Source: the human T2T-CHM13v2.0 reference genome, Homo sapiens
Assembly: GCF_009914755.1 (NCBI RefSeq)
Contig: NC_060929.1
DNA: 64,000 nucleotides
Strand: one strand, 5' to 3'
Each line of letters opens with the position of its first letter. Position 1 is the stretch's first letter. Positions 40,038 through 52,744 of this stretch are shown here, in pieces. Made by a program: the position numbers and the translations under genes. The notes beneath the pieces are model-generated. The model searched no databases and had not been told where the DNA came from. It saw only the letters and a list, made by a program, of their open reading frames with translations.

Positions 40038-40055
40038 CAGCGCCCTCTGCTGGCA
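40038..40055 (-). promoter_or_regulatory. CTCF consensus motif
   Basis: Reverse complement TGCCAGCAGAGGGCGCTG is a near-ideal CTCF core. Confidence 0.75.
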
Positions 40056-40458
40056 GTATCCTGAAGGGTCAGTTCACCGGGCTTCTGGTCCCCACAAAGT
40101 CTTGAAGTCTGAGGTGCTGATAACGGAACAAATGTGGTGAGCTCATTCTTGCCCTCTGGAGAAATAACGATATGGAAGGGAGAAAACTGGGGCAAGAAGA
40201 CCGAGGGAAGATAGCAGGTCCATTGCAGGAGGTGTGGCCTTATTTTTGGGATTCTTCTGATCTGGCAAGGACGAGCACAAAAGCCTCATATTTATTTCCC
40301 CACGGAAAAACCCAGCGCACAACCAACGTCCAGTTTAATGGGAAGATGGAAGATGCCCCTACTCCTACCCCTGTGCTCCCCACGCCCAGCCGGACTGGGG
40401 AAGCTTTATTTGAAATACACAATTCCCATTGGCTGAATGGACATGTTAGCTGTGTTTC

Positions 40459-40620
40459 TTTTTTTCTTTTTTCTCTTTTTTTTTTTTTTTGTTTTTGAGA
40501 CAGGGGTCTCACTCTGTCACCCAGGCTGAAGTGGTGGAGTGTATTGGCGCGGTCTCGGCTGACTGCAACCTTCACCTCCCAGACTCAAGTGATCCTCCCA
40601 CCTCAGCCTCCCAAGTAGCT
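40459..40620 (-). mobile_element. 5'-truncated Alu (right arm only)
   Basis: 13-bp TSD tagctgtgtttct at 40447-40459 and 40616-40628. Confidence 0.85.
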
Positions 40621-41885
40621 GTGTTTCTAAGAATACCGCAACGGAATAATGCAGTAGGGTGCATACAGGGCAAAACGCAGAAATTAGTAGCTTCCATCCA
40701 GAACATGTCTCTGGGTGTGTTTACTAGGCTAAAGACCTTGGAGCAGAGGCCCTGCCCACTGTGTTCAAAGGGGCAAAGCAAAGCATAATGTTAGAACCCG
40801 CAAAGGCCTCAGCAGGAGCCCCATATGTTTTTTATAAAAAGGCATAATGTGAGCATTGTTCTGTGCTCAATAGCACAACTGTTATAACAAACGCTTTTGG
40901 TATGAATACAACCATTTAAAATTCCCAACCAGTTGCACTTGGTGACAATACGCATCAGAAAACAAGCCCAGGAGCACAGATTTCTCACTTGGGGGTCAGT
41001 TGGCTATAAATGCACATAAACATGCCTTTTAATGTGCCCAACTTCCAAAAATACACTGAATATTTGTGGAACAATGTTGTTGGCCCCAGCATTTGCAGCT
41101 ACAAAGGCTGAAGCAGATTTCAACATGTATATCTGAGAACCTAACTTTGATTCTATATACATGGGGTGGATACACAAGTTGAGGAGTCCTATGTGTCATA
41201 CCACTCCAGCCCCCAACTGCCCACGCCCAACCATGGCCCACCCTCAGATTACAACCACTGCTATGTCTCCAGGTCCTTAGTCCCAGCATGGAGGGTCTTG
41301 AGGTCTCCCACCCCTCACCTTCAGCTCCCACCCTCGACTGCCCGCCTCAGGCCTGGCTGACCCAGTGGTATCTCTGAAGGAGAGGAGGATAAACAGTGTT
41401 GATAACATAACTGGAAGAAGAAAGTGCTTTCTGGGTCTTGGAATGAATGTCCCCAGATGTCCAAGTATTCTGAATATTTGTCAGGGCATTTAGGCAGCAC
41501 AGCATCTGAGCCCATTTCAGTAGCTTGAGTCTTGAAAGGAGACAGGACTCCTACTTCTCTACTGAAGCTGGGATGTTGGCTAGAAACCAGCTACAGAATC
41601 TGGACTCAGCCAATCAGACCTAGGCCTTTGTGGCTGTGACACAGTCACTGGAACAGTTAGGAAATACTGGTGACAGTGGAGTTGAAAGCGCAGTATTCCC
41701 CTGGTCCCTCCTGTTTTCAAGCCAGGTTCTCCAGACTAACTAGACATTGGCAGGGTTGACTGATATTCTGCCAGCAAATCCCTCTTCTGCTCTAGTCAGC
41801 CAGGGCTGGTGACTGTGTAAACAAGACCCCTCTCACTCCTCCCACAGCTGTGCTGCAGATGACACACACACTTCTCTTAACAATT

Positions 41886-41891
41886 TTTATT
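41886..41891 (-). terminator. SHROOM1: Likely SHROOM1 polyadenylation signal
   Basis: tttatt on + is AATAAA on -, about 640 nt after the stop, followed by a GT-rich element (gtgtgtgtgt) on the - strand. Confidence 0.75.
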
Positions 41892-42018
41892 GAAGAAAAA
41901 ATAGGCTGCTTTGCACCTTAAGTGCTCCTCTGTCTTCTCTCCTCCCTCCAACCAACCCCTGCCAGCCCCACACTCTCATCACAAAATGGGGGAATACTGC
42001 AGTTTTTAAGATCCATAA

Positions 42019-42393
<375 letters not shown>

Positions 42394-42527
42394 TGGAGGA
42401 GTATCTTAGAAAGGCCTGGACTGGGTCCTCCCCAATCCCTCAAGGGAAAAGCAGAGACTAAATCAGCATCACCCCACTTACGTGGGTGAGAGATAGGGGC
42501 GGTGCACCCCACCCTCTCCACCTATAA

Positions 42528-42860
42528 CTATGTAAGGAGAAGAGGGAAGGGCGGCTGAACTGGAGGACAGGTCCCTGGGGGCCGCGCCGGGCTGGGAGAC
42601 GGGGCATGATGGCCAAGGTCGTCCCTGATGGCGTCCAGTTGGTCCTGAAGGAGGCGGATGCGCTCGTCCAGGTTGCGCTGCTGGGCCAGGACGGCGGCCT
42701 TGCCCGCCAGCAGGGCGCAATAGACGCGCAGCTCCTCCACCGGTAGTGCTCGCACCAGCACCTCCCGCACGGCCCGCTCGCGCCGCGCTACGTGCTCCTT
42801 CAGCTCCTTGGCGTCCTCCTCCTGCCGCTGCAGGAGCCGGAGTCGCTGCAGCAGGGAGGC
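42528..42860 (-). CDS. SHROOM1: SHROOM1 last coding exon (ASD2 C-terminus, ASLLQRL...PFPLLLT-stop)
   Basis: Acceptor ctcaag|GCC, phase 0, 333 nt to stop. Confidence 0.93.
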   Translation of the reverse strand, partial: ASLLQRLRLLQRQEEDAKELKEHVARRERAVREVLVRALPVEELRVYCALLAGKAAVLAQQRNLDERIRLLQDQLDAIRDDLGHHAPSPSPARPPGTCPPVQPPFPLLLT

Positions 42861-42981
42861 CTTGAGCCGCAGGAAGAGGCGCCGTGAGCCGGGTGAGGGC
42901 GCCGCCGCTCCCGGAATGGTTCCAGCCGGAGACAGCAGGCCCCTCACCGCCCTACTCGCTTGCAACCTGAACCCCTTTTAC

Positions 42982-43254
42982 CTGCTCATCAGGGTCGCTG
43001 TCTGAGGCCGCCCGGGCCAGGGCGCGGCGCACGCGCGCCAGGCGACTGCCCAGCAGCAGCAGAAGGCCAAGCACGCGCTCTAGGTCGGCCATGAACCGGC
43101 TGAACCGCTCCAGCTCCTGAGGGGCACAGGCCTGGCGCACTGCAGCCTCCAGAGCCGCTTGGCGCCTGGCCCACGCTTGTGCCTCCCCCTGCAGCCGCTC
43201 CTGCTCCGTGTGAAGGTCCTGAAGCATCTTTTGGAGGCGGGCGGCCAGCTCCAC
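42982..43254 (-). CDS. SHROOM1: SHROOM1 coding exon 6 (ASD2, VELAARL...DPDEQ)
   Basis: ctgtag|GTG...CAG|gtaaaa, 273 nt; ASD2 motif DLERVLGLLLLLGSRLARV. Confidence 0.95.
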
Positions 43255-43354
43255 CTACAGGGAAGGCTCAAGGCTGGGGCCAGGCTCATGACTTCCCTGC
43301 CCAGGCTCTGGGCTCCTACCCACCCCCAGCCTCCACCAGCCCTTCTCCACTCAC

Positions 43355-43496
43355 TTTCTTGCCCTGGATGCTGTTGTTTGGTGCAGGGAGCCCCTGCCCA
43401 CATGGCTGGTCAAGCACAGGGTGGGTGGCAGGGTTTTCAAGCCTTGTCTCCTCCCGAGGAGCCGGCAGGAGCTGGGTGAAGCTGAACTGATAGGAC
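43355..43496 (-). CDS. SHROOM1: SHROOM1 coding exon 5
   Basis: cccag|GTCC...AAA|gtgagt, 142 nt, phase consistent. Confidence 0.93.
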
Positions 43497-43581
43497 CTGG
43501 GAACAAAACCAGAGCTCCCTGGGTTTCCTGTCCCCAACTTCAGGGGCTCAGTGTCCAGATTCCCTAGTACACCTCACTCAC

Positions 43582-44151
43582 CCTGGCTCAAAAGTACTGG
43601 CAGCCTCCTCTCCAGCCTCCCCACAGGCAGGCCGCATTGCAGCCCGGACCTCTGCTAAAGGAATCAGTCCATCCAGCAGGCCCAGGGGTGGCTCTGGGCT
43701 GGGCTGGGAAGCAAGAGGGTCACATAGAGAGGGATCTAATCTGGCCAGCTCCTGAACCAGCTCCTCGAGGCACTGACTAGGCCATGTGGGCCTGGAACCA
43801 GGCTGGCCAGTGCCCCTGGCTAGGGCAGTATTGTGAGAGGGACCTGGAGTATCATTGCCTGAAAGTCCCAAGGCATCAGCTGGGACAGGTTTGAGGAGGT
43901 CACTCTCTGCAGCTGTGGGGGGATTGGTGGTCAGTCCAGTGGGGTCAATAGTTGGGATGTTATCATTTGCAGTCCCAGTGGGGGTGTGGCTTGTGGGCCT
44001 GGAAATACCTACAGAACCATTCACCCCCTGCCAGCAGTCATCTGCCCCTGCAGTTCCTGGACACTCATGGAGCGGGTACTCTGTGGGGACTGTAACCTGG
44101 CCAGTTCTTTGGCCTAAGCCAGTTCCATACGGCTGGTCAGAGGCATGGACA
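43582..44151 (-). CDS. SHROOM1: SHROOM1 coding exon 4 (start of ASD2, CLEELVQELARLDPSL)
   Basis: ttccag|TGTC...AGG|gtgagt, 570 nt, phase consistent. Confidence 0.93.
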
Positions 44152-44346
44152 CTGGAAGCAGAAAAGACACTGAATCAGAAAAAGCTCCAGCCACAAACAA
44201 ATGGTGGCCTCCAAGGGCCATCTGTCCCTACCCCCATCACCTGGAATCCCAGGCTCCAGCTAGGAGAGCATTCCCACCCCTCTAGCGTTTTGTAGATGTG
44301 TGTGTCAGGGGGTGCCTCACGATGCTTGGAAGCAAGAGGGAATTAC

Positions 44347-44553
44347 CTGGCTGGGGGCCCCTGGGAGGCATGGGGGTCTGGTGGTGATCTCATTCTGACC
44401 AGTGGGGCCTCTTCTAGGAACACTTCATCAGGAAGGGAGGGGAGCCAGGCAGGCACAATGCAGGTCTCTGAGACCCTCTGTTCACTGTCAGCAGGGCTGC
44501 TCTGGGGTAACTCTGCAGGATACATCACCGCAGCCTCTTTCTGAGGCAAGAAC
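44347..44553 (-). CDS. SHROOM1: SHROOM1 coding exon 3
   Basis: ctccag|GTTC...CAG|gtaatt, 207 nt. Confidence 0.92.
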
Positions 44554-44749
44554 CTGGAGGCAGGGACCCCATAGTGACCACAGTGAAAGGAAGGAAGCTC
44601 TTGGTGTTGCACCAGGGAGACAGTAGGGTATTTTCAAAATAACCAGAAGGCTCAGACTGAGGGTAGGTAGGAAGCCCTTTCATTTTTTGGGCAAAAGCTA
44701 TGCAAGCTGCTTCCCCCCAACTTGGTCCAGAGTGGTCCGTGTCTCTCAC

Positions 44750-44805
44750 CTGGAAAGTTTGGTCTGAAACAATGGTCTGGGGGTTTCTGCTCCTTGGGGA
44801 ACAGC
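44750..44805 (-). CDS. SHROOM1: SHROOM1 coding exon 2 (AVPQGAETPRPLFQTKLS)
   Basis: ttccag|GCTG...CAG|gtgaga, 56 nt; needed to keep the frame. Confidence 0.9.
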
Positions 44806-44894
44806 CTGGAAGGGTGAACAGTCGACTGAAATGTGGCTCAAGTTTTGTTTCCCAGATGCTCCCCTCACCAGCCTGCATCTCCTGACTTCCATAC

Positions 44895-45872
44895 CTGGAC
44901 AATGGGTATGGTCCCTCCTGATCCTCCCCAGGAACCCAAGACTTCGCCTGAAGCGCTCCGACTCCGACTGGCGGGCCTGAAGGCATCACCGAGCTTCAAG
45001 GACCCGGAGTCCAGGTTCATGGAGCCTTGGGGTTGCGTCTCGGGCAGCCATCCGACCTCGTGATCTTCAAACTTAGCCAGCGCCGGATGCTGGAACTCCA
45101 AGGGCTCGGGCCCAGGGAGGCCAGAGCTGGAGCAGGCCTCACCCAGGCATTCCCGCGCCGGCCCACCGCCCCGACCCACACGATCCAGCTTTCCTGGCTC
45201 TGAGAAGCACCACTTCCGCTGCTGGTTGGCGAGGGGACCCCGGCCGGCAGTTCCTGGCGCGGGAGCCCGGGAGCGCGCCGGCTCCCCCTCCCCGCCCGGG
45301 TGGCTGAGCGAGGCGGAGCGCGGGTGAGTCGCCGGGGGCCGCGCTGGGACAGTGGGCCGCAGACGGGCGGGCAGGCTCATGCGGAGCTCCTTGCGCTGGA
45401 ACGACGTCTCCCGGAGCACTCGCCGCTGCGCGCCCTGAAGCCGCTGGCGGTAGGCGGCCCTCGAGGCCGGCGGGCTGGGCGGCTCGGCAGCCTGCGCCGC
45501 GGCCTCCGCCTCGGCCGCCAGCGCGTACAGCAGCGGGGTGGCCTGCCTGTTCAGTGGTCCCGGGGTCCCCGGGACCTCTGTTGGCTGCGGCCCACTGCGG
45601 GCTGCAACCGCGGGCCGGGGCCGCGGGGATGTGCAAAGGGCAGCGTCGGGCGGGGCGGGGCCCGGGCCGCCCCAAACCACACGCACGTAGTCCCAGTCTA
45701 GGTAAGGAAGGAGGTCTGTCCCCGGCGACTGCGTGCGCGGCTCGGGGCCGCCGGAGGCTGCGGAGAAAGAGCTGTAGGCCGAGTCCGCGCGCATGGACAG
45801 ATGCCACAGGTCCAGGCTGCTAGTGGACGAGGCCGGGGAGGCGCGGTCGCCCCCAGGTCCCAGGGCCTCCAT
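44895..45872 (-). CDS. SHROOM1: SHROOM1 first coding exon (MEALGPGGDR..., ASD1 domain). Seven coding exons sum to 2559 nt, 852 aa
   Basis: Kozak gcagccATGG; Shroom motifs DSAYSSFS and YRQRLQGAQRRVLRETSFQRKEL; donor CAG|gtatgg; exon acceptor ttttcccag| at 45914. Confidence 0.96.
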
Positions 45873-46008
45873 GGCTGCGCAGATGAGTGCTGAGGCTGGG
45901 TGGCTGCGTGGGTCCTGGGAAAACACAGATGTGGTGCCGGGTGAGGAGCTCCGGGTGAGGGCTGGGACAGCCTGCTGGCCCCGCCACCACGGACGGCCAG
46001 ACACTTAC

Positions 46009-46362
46009 ACTTCCCCTCCCTGGTCACACCGTCACAAGCGCTGGCATCCCCCAGATTTTGGCAGAGTCACCTTGGGATCAGAGGTGGCAGAGGAAGTAGG
46101 ACCAGTCCCAGGGAGCACCTCTGAAGGTTGAGGGCCCAGCTCAGGGGAAGGAATTGGGACCAGCTCATTCCCTGCCAGGCTCCCCTTGCCCACACAAGCA
46201 GCCTTTACCCTGAGACCTCCTGGAACGCTGAGAATGTACCCATGTTCCTTTCCTCCCCAACCCTGTTCCACCCAGGCTGCTTCCTGGCCGTTCTGTTGGC
46301 TTCTCCATGTGATCTTTCCCTGATAAACAATGGTCAAGAACACTCTTGTGACCTCAGGGGAG
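46009..46362 (-). other. SHROOM1: Candidate SHROOM1 5'UTR exon
   Basis: Donor |gtaagt at 46008 gives a 94-nt intron to the 45914 acceptor; polypyrimidine acceptor cctcctttcttag| at 46362 is tentative. Confidence 0.5.
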
Positions 46363-47065
46363 CTAAGAAAGGAGGGGTGGGGGAAGACCCAGGGCAAGGG
46401 GCAGAGGCAGCTTCACAGCCTTCCTCCCTCCCTCTGTGCCTGTTATGTTCCAGGTGCTTTATATAAATATTTATTTTGATCGTTGCAACTGCTGTCTGCA
46501 TTTTACAGACAAGGACAATGAGGTTCTGAGAGGGAAATGATTTGTCCAGGGCCACACAGCTGGGACGTGGCAGAAGCCTGCCTGGAATCCAGGCCTGCCT
46601 CCACGCTCACTGCAGCCAGAATCAATTTCCTAGAAGCAAGCCCTGCTGAAAGGCAGTTTACCATCCCTCCTGTTCCCCAACAGCCTGAATCCTCCAAGGA
46701 AGCCCACACTCCACTATGGGAAAGTCACCCCTACCTCCCCATACACTATTGGCAGATTCCAAAATAATCTGGCCCCCACTTCTCAAACTCTGCCTTTCGT
46801 CTAGGAATGATGGGCCGACCCCCATCTTTGCCCTGCTTCTATTCTTGCTTCTCCTGTAGGACTCAGCTTAGAGGTCTCCTCACTTTTTGGGACTCCTACA
46901 GTGTGCTGAGCTGACCCCCACCCCACACTGTCCCTGTTGGCTTGCTTCTGATTCCCTCCTCCCATTCCCACCCCTGAGCTTCCTGAGAATGGGCCCTGCT
47001 CTTCCTCATTGCTGCACTCTCAGTGCCCAGCAGAGTCCCTGGCATACAGTCAATGTTAAATATTT

Positions 47066-47502
<437 letters not shown>

Positions 47503-49479
47503 CTATTAGTCTTTTCTGGGGAAGAGGACAGAATGGGTGAAGCACTTGCCACCATAGACACTGGCCAGGTTCCTCATGCAATATTAGGTACGAACAGAGC
47601 AGGCAAGCACAGCTTGGGGCAGGACTCACCAGAAATCAATCCCTTCTGGTCCTGGGAGGGGGATCAAGGGTAAGAGTTGAGTGGGTGTGCCTGGGTCAGG
47701 GTAAGAGAAATTTTGAGGCTTGGGAAAGGGCAGTGTTGAGGTTTGGGGCTCCCTATGAACTATGGAGACTTTTGGGCGCTGGCCTCCATTCTCTGAGCTG
47801 CTTGGTAGGGAGTGCAGAGTAGGGTGGCCCACGGCTAGGGTGAGGACCAAAAAGCAGGCTTATTTGAGCCTCCTAGACACTATCTGGAGCTCAGAGTCAC
47901 CCTCCACCCACGTCCCTGAGGCCCAGGATGTTACAGATTGCTGGTTAGGGCAAGGATGGGGGTTAGTGGTAGGAGGATATGGTGTTTCCTAAAAGGGAAA
48001 GGCAGTACCTACAACATTCCCAGGAGAGGCTCTCAGCAGACCTAGGACCAGAACATCTTGATGTCACCCACCTGGGGGCATTTGTATATGCCTACTAAGC
48101 CCAGGAGCTTAGCCCTCACACTTAGGGTTGGGGACCTCTTTTGCAAAGTATTTCCACTCTAAACTTTAGGAGGACAAGAAACTACTCTGAGTAGCAGCTC
48201 CTGGGAGGACAGTCCCCTCATCTAGGAAGCCCACCCGACTGCTCAGACATTAGCCCTTTCTCTTCCTACTCTTTCTGAGTCCAGCTTGGGAGCACTAGCT
48301 CATGTCACCCATCCTGCCCATTTTGGCTTGCTGCAGCTACAGATGGGGATCACCAAACACAAGATGTTTCCTCAAAAGAGGTCTTGAAAATCTATGAAAA
48401 TCTATCTTATTTGTGAGTTACTATGTTAAAGGATTCTGAATTCAGCAAATAAAAACAGCTTGAATGGGCAATAAAAATGTGTCTACACATGTGTTTCCTT
48501 ATTGACTGTAACTTGTTGAAGATGCTTTTGCACTGGTGGCCCTATCAGGTTGATGTTCACGCAGGCTCCTCACAGTGGGTGCTTTGCAGAACCTACCATG
48601 CCAAGAGGGCCCAGCTGCTTTGGTGTGTTTTGGGGGGCCTCAGCACAAAACAACAAGGCATTTTCATACTTGTCTGGCTGCAGGGAGCCTCTTGCAGTCC
48701 AGCCAGCCCCTGTGGCTGGGGGTAGCCCTACCTTAGGGGTCCCTGCCTCAGTGGCAGTGGTACCTGTGGGCTGGGCTGTTATGCCTGTGCCGGCTGCTGA
48801 AAGGGAGTTCAGAGGTGGAGCTCAAGGAGCTCTGCAGGCATTTTGCCAAGCCTCTCCAGAGCAGAGGGAGCAACCTAGACTCCCCGCTAGAAAGACACCA
48901 GATTGGAGTCCTGGGAGGGGGAGTTGGGGTGGGCATTTGATGTATACTTGTCACCTGAATGAAGGAGCCAGAGAGGAAGGAGACGAAGATGAGATTGGCC
49001 TTCAAAGCTAGGGGTCTGGCAGGTGGAGGCACCAGTCTGAAAGGAGGAGCTGGGGCTGAGGAATTGTCAAGGGGGCCAGTGCTCCTTCAGTCTGGGCTTC
49101 ATGGTGTCTGTGACAAGTCAGGCAGCAGTTGGGATGTGGCTCTGGAGTTCAGCAGGGGAGGGTAGACCAGGCAAGACCCAGGTTTTTAGTTAGAGGTTAC
49201 TGGGGAAATAGCTGAAGACAGTTTCCGGTGGATAAAATCACACCAAGGCAATGGGAACAGATCCAAGTAAGGCGACCGAGGAGGCACAGGAGAACGGACA
49301 GCCTCAAATACAACGAATGATCAGGATTTACATCATACCTCCCTCAAGGCCACCTCACATCTGACCTCTCTGTGGAGGGGCTATCCAGGCCGCCCCTCCC
49401 AGCGGGTCTTCCCTCAGTACTGGGCTCACTGTGTAGGCGCTGTCTCCCTGTCAGACTGAGTTCCTGGGTACTGGACCAC

Positions 49480-50750
49480 GTCTCAAAACCCAGTACCCGC
49501 AGCTGGGTCTGGCTAGGCGGACGTTCTGGGAAGTTCACCGGCTCTCCCTGTCCCCAGCGTCCCCCGTTCTCCCAGCCTGTCCGCGCTGACAGCGCACCCC
49601 ACGCAGCATCCACGCTCCGAGTGTGCGACTGGTTTACGGGCTCATCGGTCGCTGCACCCCAGATGCAGAGTCTCTGGAGACCCGAGCTCCGTGCCATGCA
49701 CAGGAAATGCAGGAAGCTGGCGACACCCGGGGAGAGGCGGCCGCGGGCGTGGACAGACCCGGTTACCTGGGGTTCAATCTCTGGGAGCCGAGGCACGGGA
49801 GGGAGAGAGGCGCAGGCCCCGGCGGCCGCAGGGGGCGGCAGAGACACGCGGAGCGGCTCGACAGCAGATGGCCGCAGCCCCGCGCAGTTCTGGGCCTTTC
49901 CCGTTGGGTTCACCGTCGGGGAAGGATCGCGCGCAGGGGACAGCGCGAGCCCGGGAGGGAAGGACCCGGCTTCTCCAGATGCTTGGCGACAAAGGGCAGG
50001 AGCGGAGGGTGGCGGAGTGAGACCGCGCTGCCCGCCGGCGCCACACGCGGCGCGCCCAGCCGCGCCCCTGAGCCGCGCCGCCAGCTTAGAGTGGGCCGCC
50101 TCTCCGCCCTGCAGCTCTGCAGCTGGGAGAGGCGCGCTGGGGTCCGACTCCACTGGCGCAACCTGACGCGGCGCCGAGCCAGACACGTCCCGGCCGAACG
50201 ATGCCCGGGCTGCCCCGCGACCACCGCCTCGCCGCCCGCTCTTCACCCCCGTCCGCCCGCAGCCCCGCCGGCCTCCCGGGGGAAGCGGACCCAGCCGCCC
50301 GCTTCCCGCTCCCCCGCCCCCGCCGCGTACCTGAGGCTCCCGCCGAGACGCGCTCCTGGGCCGTCGCAGCCGCGCGGTGACATCAGAGCCCCGGGCTCTG
50401 ACTCCGACCCCACCTCCAGGCTCCGGCCGCGGCCTCAGGGGAGGCGCCACGTCCGGCCGCGGGGGCGGGAGCCGCAGCCTCTTGGTAGCGTCCGCGCGCC
50501 GGCCCAGTCCCAGGTCTGAGGGTGGACAGTGCGTTCCCGCGCGGGCCACAGGCCTCTTGCCCCAGGCCGGAGAAACCTGAGCGAGGTGGTGGGAGGGCGA
50601 CTACGGCGACCGCCCACCGGCCTCCAGCGCGTCCGTGATGCTCGGGGGCCGGGTCCCTCGGGGCCTGACACCTCCCTCGGTGGGGAGGTCCAGGGCGGGC
50701 CCTTAGGCGCCTGACGGCTACCCGCTTTCCCCCCCAAGCCCGGCCAAGAA
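49480..50750 (-). promoter_or_regulatory. SHROOM1: CpG island, probable SHROOM1 promoter and first non-coding exon
   Basis: Very high GC/CpG; GC boxes; minus-strand donors CAG|gtacgc (exon end 50331) and CAG|gtaacc (exon end 49767). Confidence 0.85.
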
Positions 50751-51632
50751 AACAGAGCTGCCAGGGCCTCGTGCCTCCCACCTGTCCCGCTGAGTAACTC
50801 GGCCCTTGATCAACTCTACCCCCAGACCCCCATTTCCAAAACTCTTCCAGCTCTTTGACTCCCACCATGGGCTCTTGTCTCCTGTTCCCTGTCCCATTTC
50901 TTTCCATTTCTCCCACTACCCAGCATGGTCTGGGCCCTCCAGCCTGCTACCGGGGTGGGGGAGAGGGGGGCGGAGCACGGGGAAGCCCCTGGACTTGTGT
51001 GCACCTTAGCTGTCCTGAGTGTGTCCTTAGGGAGCTGGACATATGCATACCCACTAAGGCTGGACACTGGCGCTCGAGGCCCTCACCTTCCAGGATCTCC
51101 ATTTTCCAAAGAACGCTCTGCCTGCACCTGCCACTGAGCTCTCCTTGCTGTGTCCTCAGGCTCCCCTGCCCCGACTTCCCAAACTCTGTCCTATGAATAC
51201 CACTCTGCCAAGAAATGCTCCGTTCCTGAGAGGGGCTGGGGACCCTTTGATGAGCCTCTCCGGCTCTCAGGTCTCTGCCTTTGTCCTCCGCTGCCCTCCC
51301 GCTCCCACAGGATCAACAGGGCTGGGCTCAGGGGCTGTGTCCTCCCATGGTAGTATCCCTGGCAAATAAAGGTTTATTGGTGTTAATAACCAGGACTCTG
51401 AACTCTGGCCAAGAGTCAAGGTTGCCACTTCCTAGGGACACTGGGAGCCTGAGGAACTCTGTCTTCTTGGGTCTTCTTGGGTTCGGAGGCAGGAGACACC
51501 TGAGCCCGACTTCTGAGAGTGGTGCCCGCTGGGCCCTGCTCCTTCTTCAACACCATCTGGACTCAGGCACCAGCTTCAGCTGGAGCTCTAGGCTTTAAGA
51601 CAGTGCCTAAGAACCTTTCGGCTTTGAAAGAC

Positions 51633-52346
51633 TTTTGTTGTTTGTTTTGCTTTTTTGAGACAGAGTCTCCCTCTGTCGCCCAGGCTGGAGTGCAGTGGCC
51701 GGATCTCTGCTCACTGAAACCTGCGCCTCCCAGGTTCAAGCAATTTTCCCTGCCTCAGCCTCCCAAGTAGCTGGGATTACAGGCACCGGGCACCACGCCC
51801 AGCTAATTTTTGTATTTTTAGTAAAGACGGGGTTCGCCATGTTGGCCAGGCTGGTCTCAAACTCGTGACCTCAGGTGATCCACCCACCTTGGCCTCCCAA
51901 AGTGCTGGATTACAGGCATGAGCTACCGCACCCGGCCTGAAAGACTTTTAATATTTTTAAGACCCTGATCCACAGAGTCTCACAGCAGCATCAAAATAGA
52001 AGAAAGACAGCCCAGCAAACAACAACAAAAAATTTTTAATTGCTCATGTTGGCTGGGGCGGTGGCTCATGCCTGTAATCCCAGCACTTTGGGAGGCCAAG
52101 GTGGGCAGATTGCTTGAGCTCAGGAGTTCGAGACCAGCCTCGGCAACATGGCGAAGCCCTGTCTCTACAAAAATACAAAAAAAAATAGCTGGACGTGGTG
52201 GCACGCACCTGTAGTCCCAGCTACTTGGAAGGCCTAGGCACAAGAATCGCTTGAACCGAGGAGGCATAGGCTGCAGTCTGCCGAGATCACGCTACTTCAT
52301 TCCAGCCTGGGCAACAGAGTGAGATTCTGTCTCAAAAAAAAAAAAA
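51633..52346. mobile_element. Head-to-head inverted Alu pair (antisense 51633-51938, sense 52051-52346)
   Basis: Two Alu consensus matches about 110 bp apart. Confidence 0.92.
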
Positions 52347-52381
52347 TGGTTATGTTTTTTACTTATATTTCTTGAAAACTA

Positions 52382-52653
52382 TGGGGACACAGTGTCCAGA
52401 ACAATTCTATTAACCCACTCCACCCACCTACCACTCACCTCTTGCACACACTACAGCACCTCTCTGCTAGGGACCATGAGGACGCAGTCCAGAGCGATTC
52501 TTATTAACCCACTCCACCCACCTACCACTCACCTCTTGCACACACTAAGCAACTCTCTGCTAGGGACCATGAGGATGCAGTCCAGAGCGATTCTTATTAA
52601 CCCACTCCACCCACCTACCGCTCACCTCTTGCACACACTAAGCAACTCTCTGC
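52382..52653. repeat. Tandem repeat, 93-bp period, about 2.9 copies
   Basis: tagggaccatgagg at 52468 and 52561; tattaacccactccacccacctacc occurs three times. Confidence 0.95.
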
Positions 52654-52744
52654 CTAAGTCCCCAGAAAACTGAAATCCCACCTACCCACGTCTCTCTTAA
52701 CCTCTTCTGTTCTGAGAAAGAGAAAAGTAACCCCTAACATCTGA

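Noticed and set aside
45873-46004. N-terminal extension of SHROOM1 in the 379-aa ORF call
   Set aside because: Runs through an intron (acceptor at 45914) from a non-ATG codon
49344-50916. 401, 298, 264 and 177 aa ORFs in the SHROOM1 CpG island
   Set aside because: Overlap on both strands in several frames, mostly non-ATG starts, composition typical of CpG islands, no domain motifs
52382-52653. CRISPR-like array or repeat-protein gene
   Set aside because: Head-to-tail units without unique spacers, eukaryotic context, GTG start and no splice or promoter support
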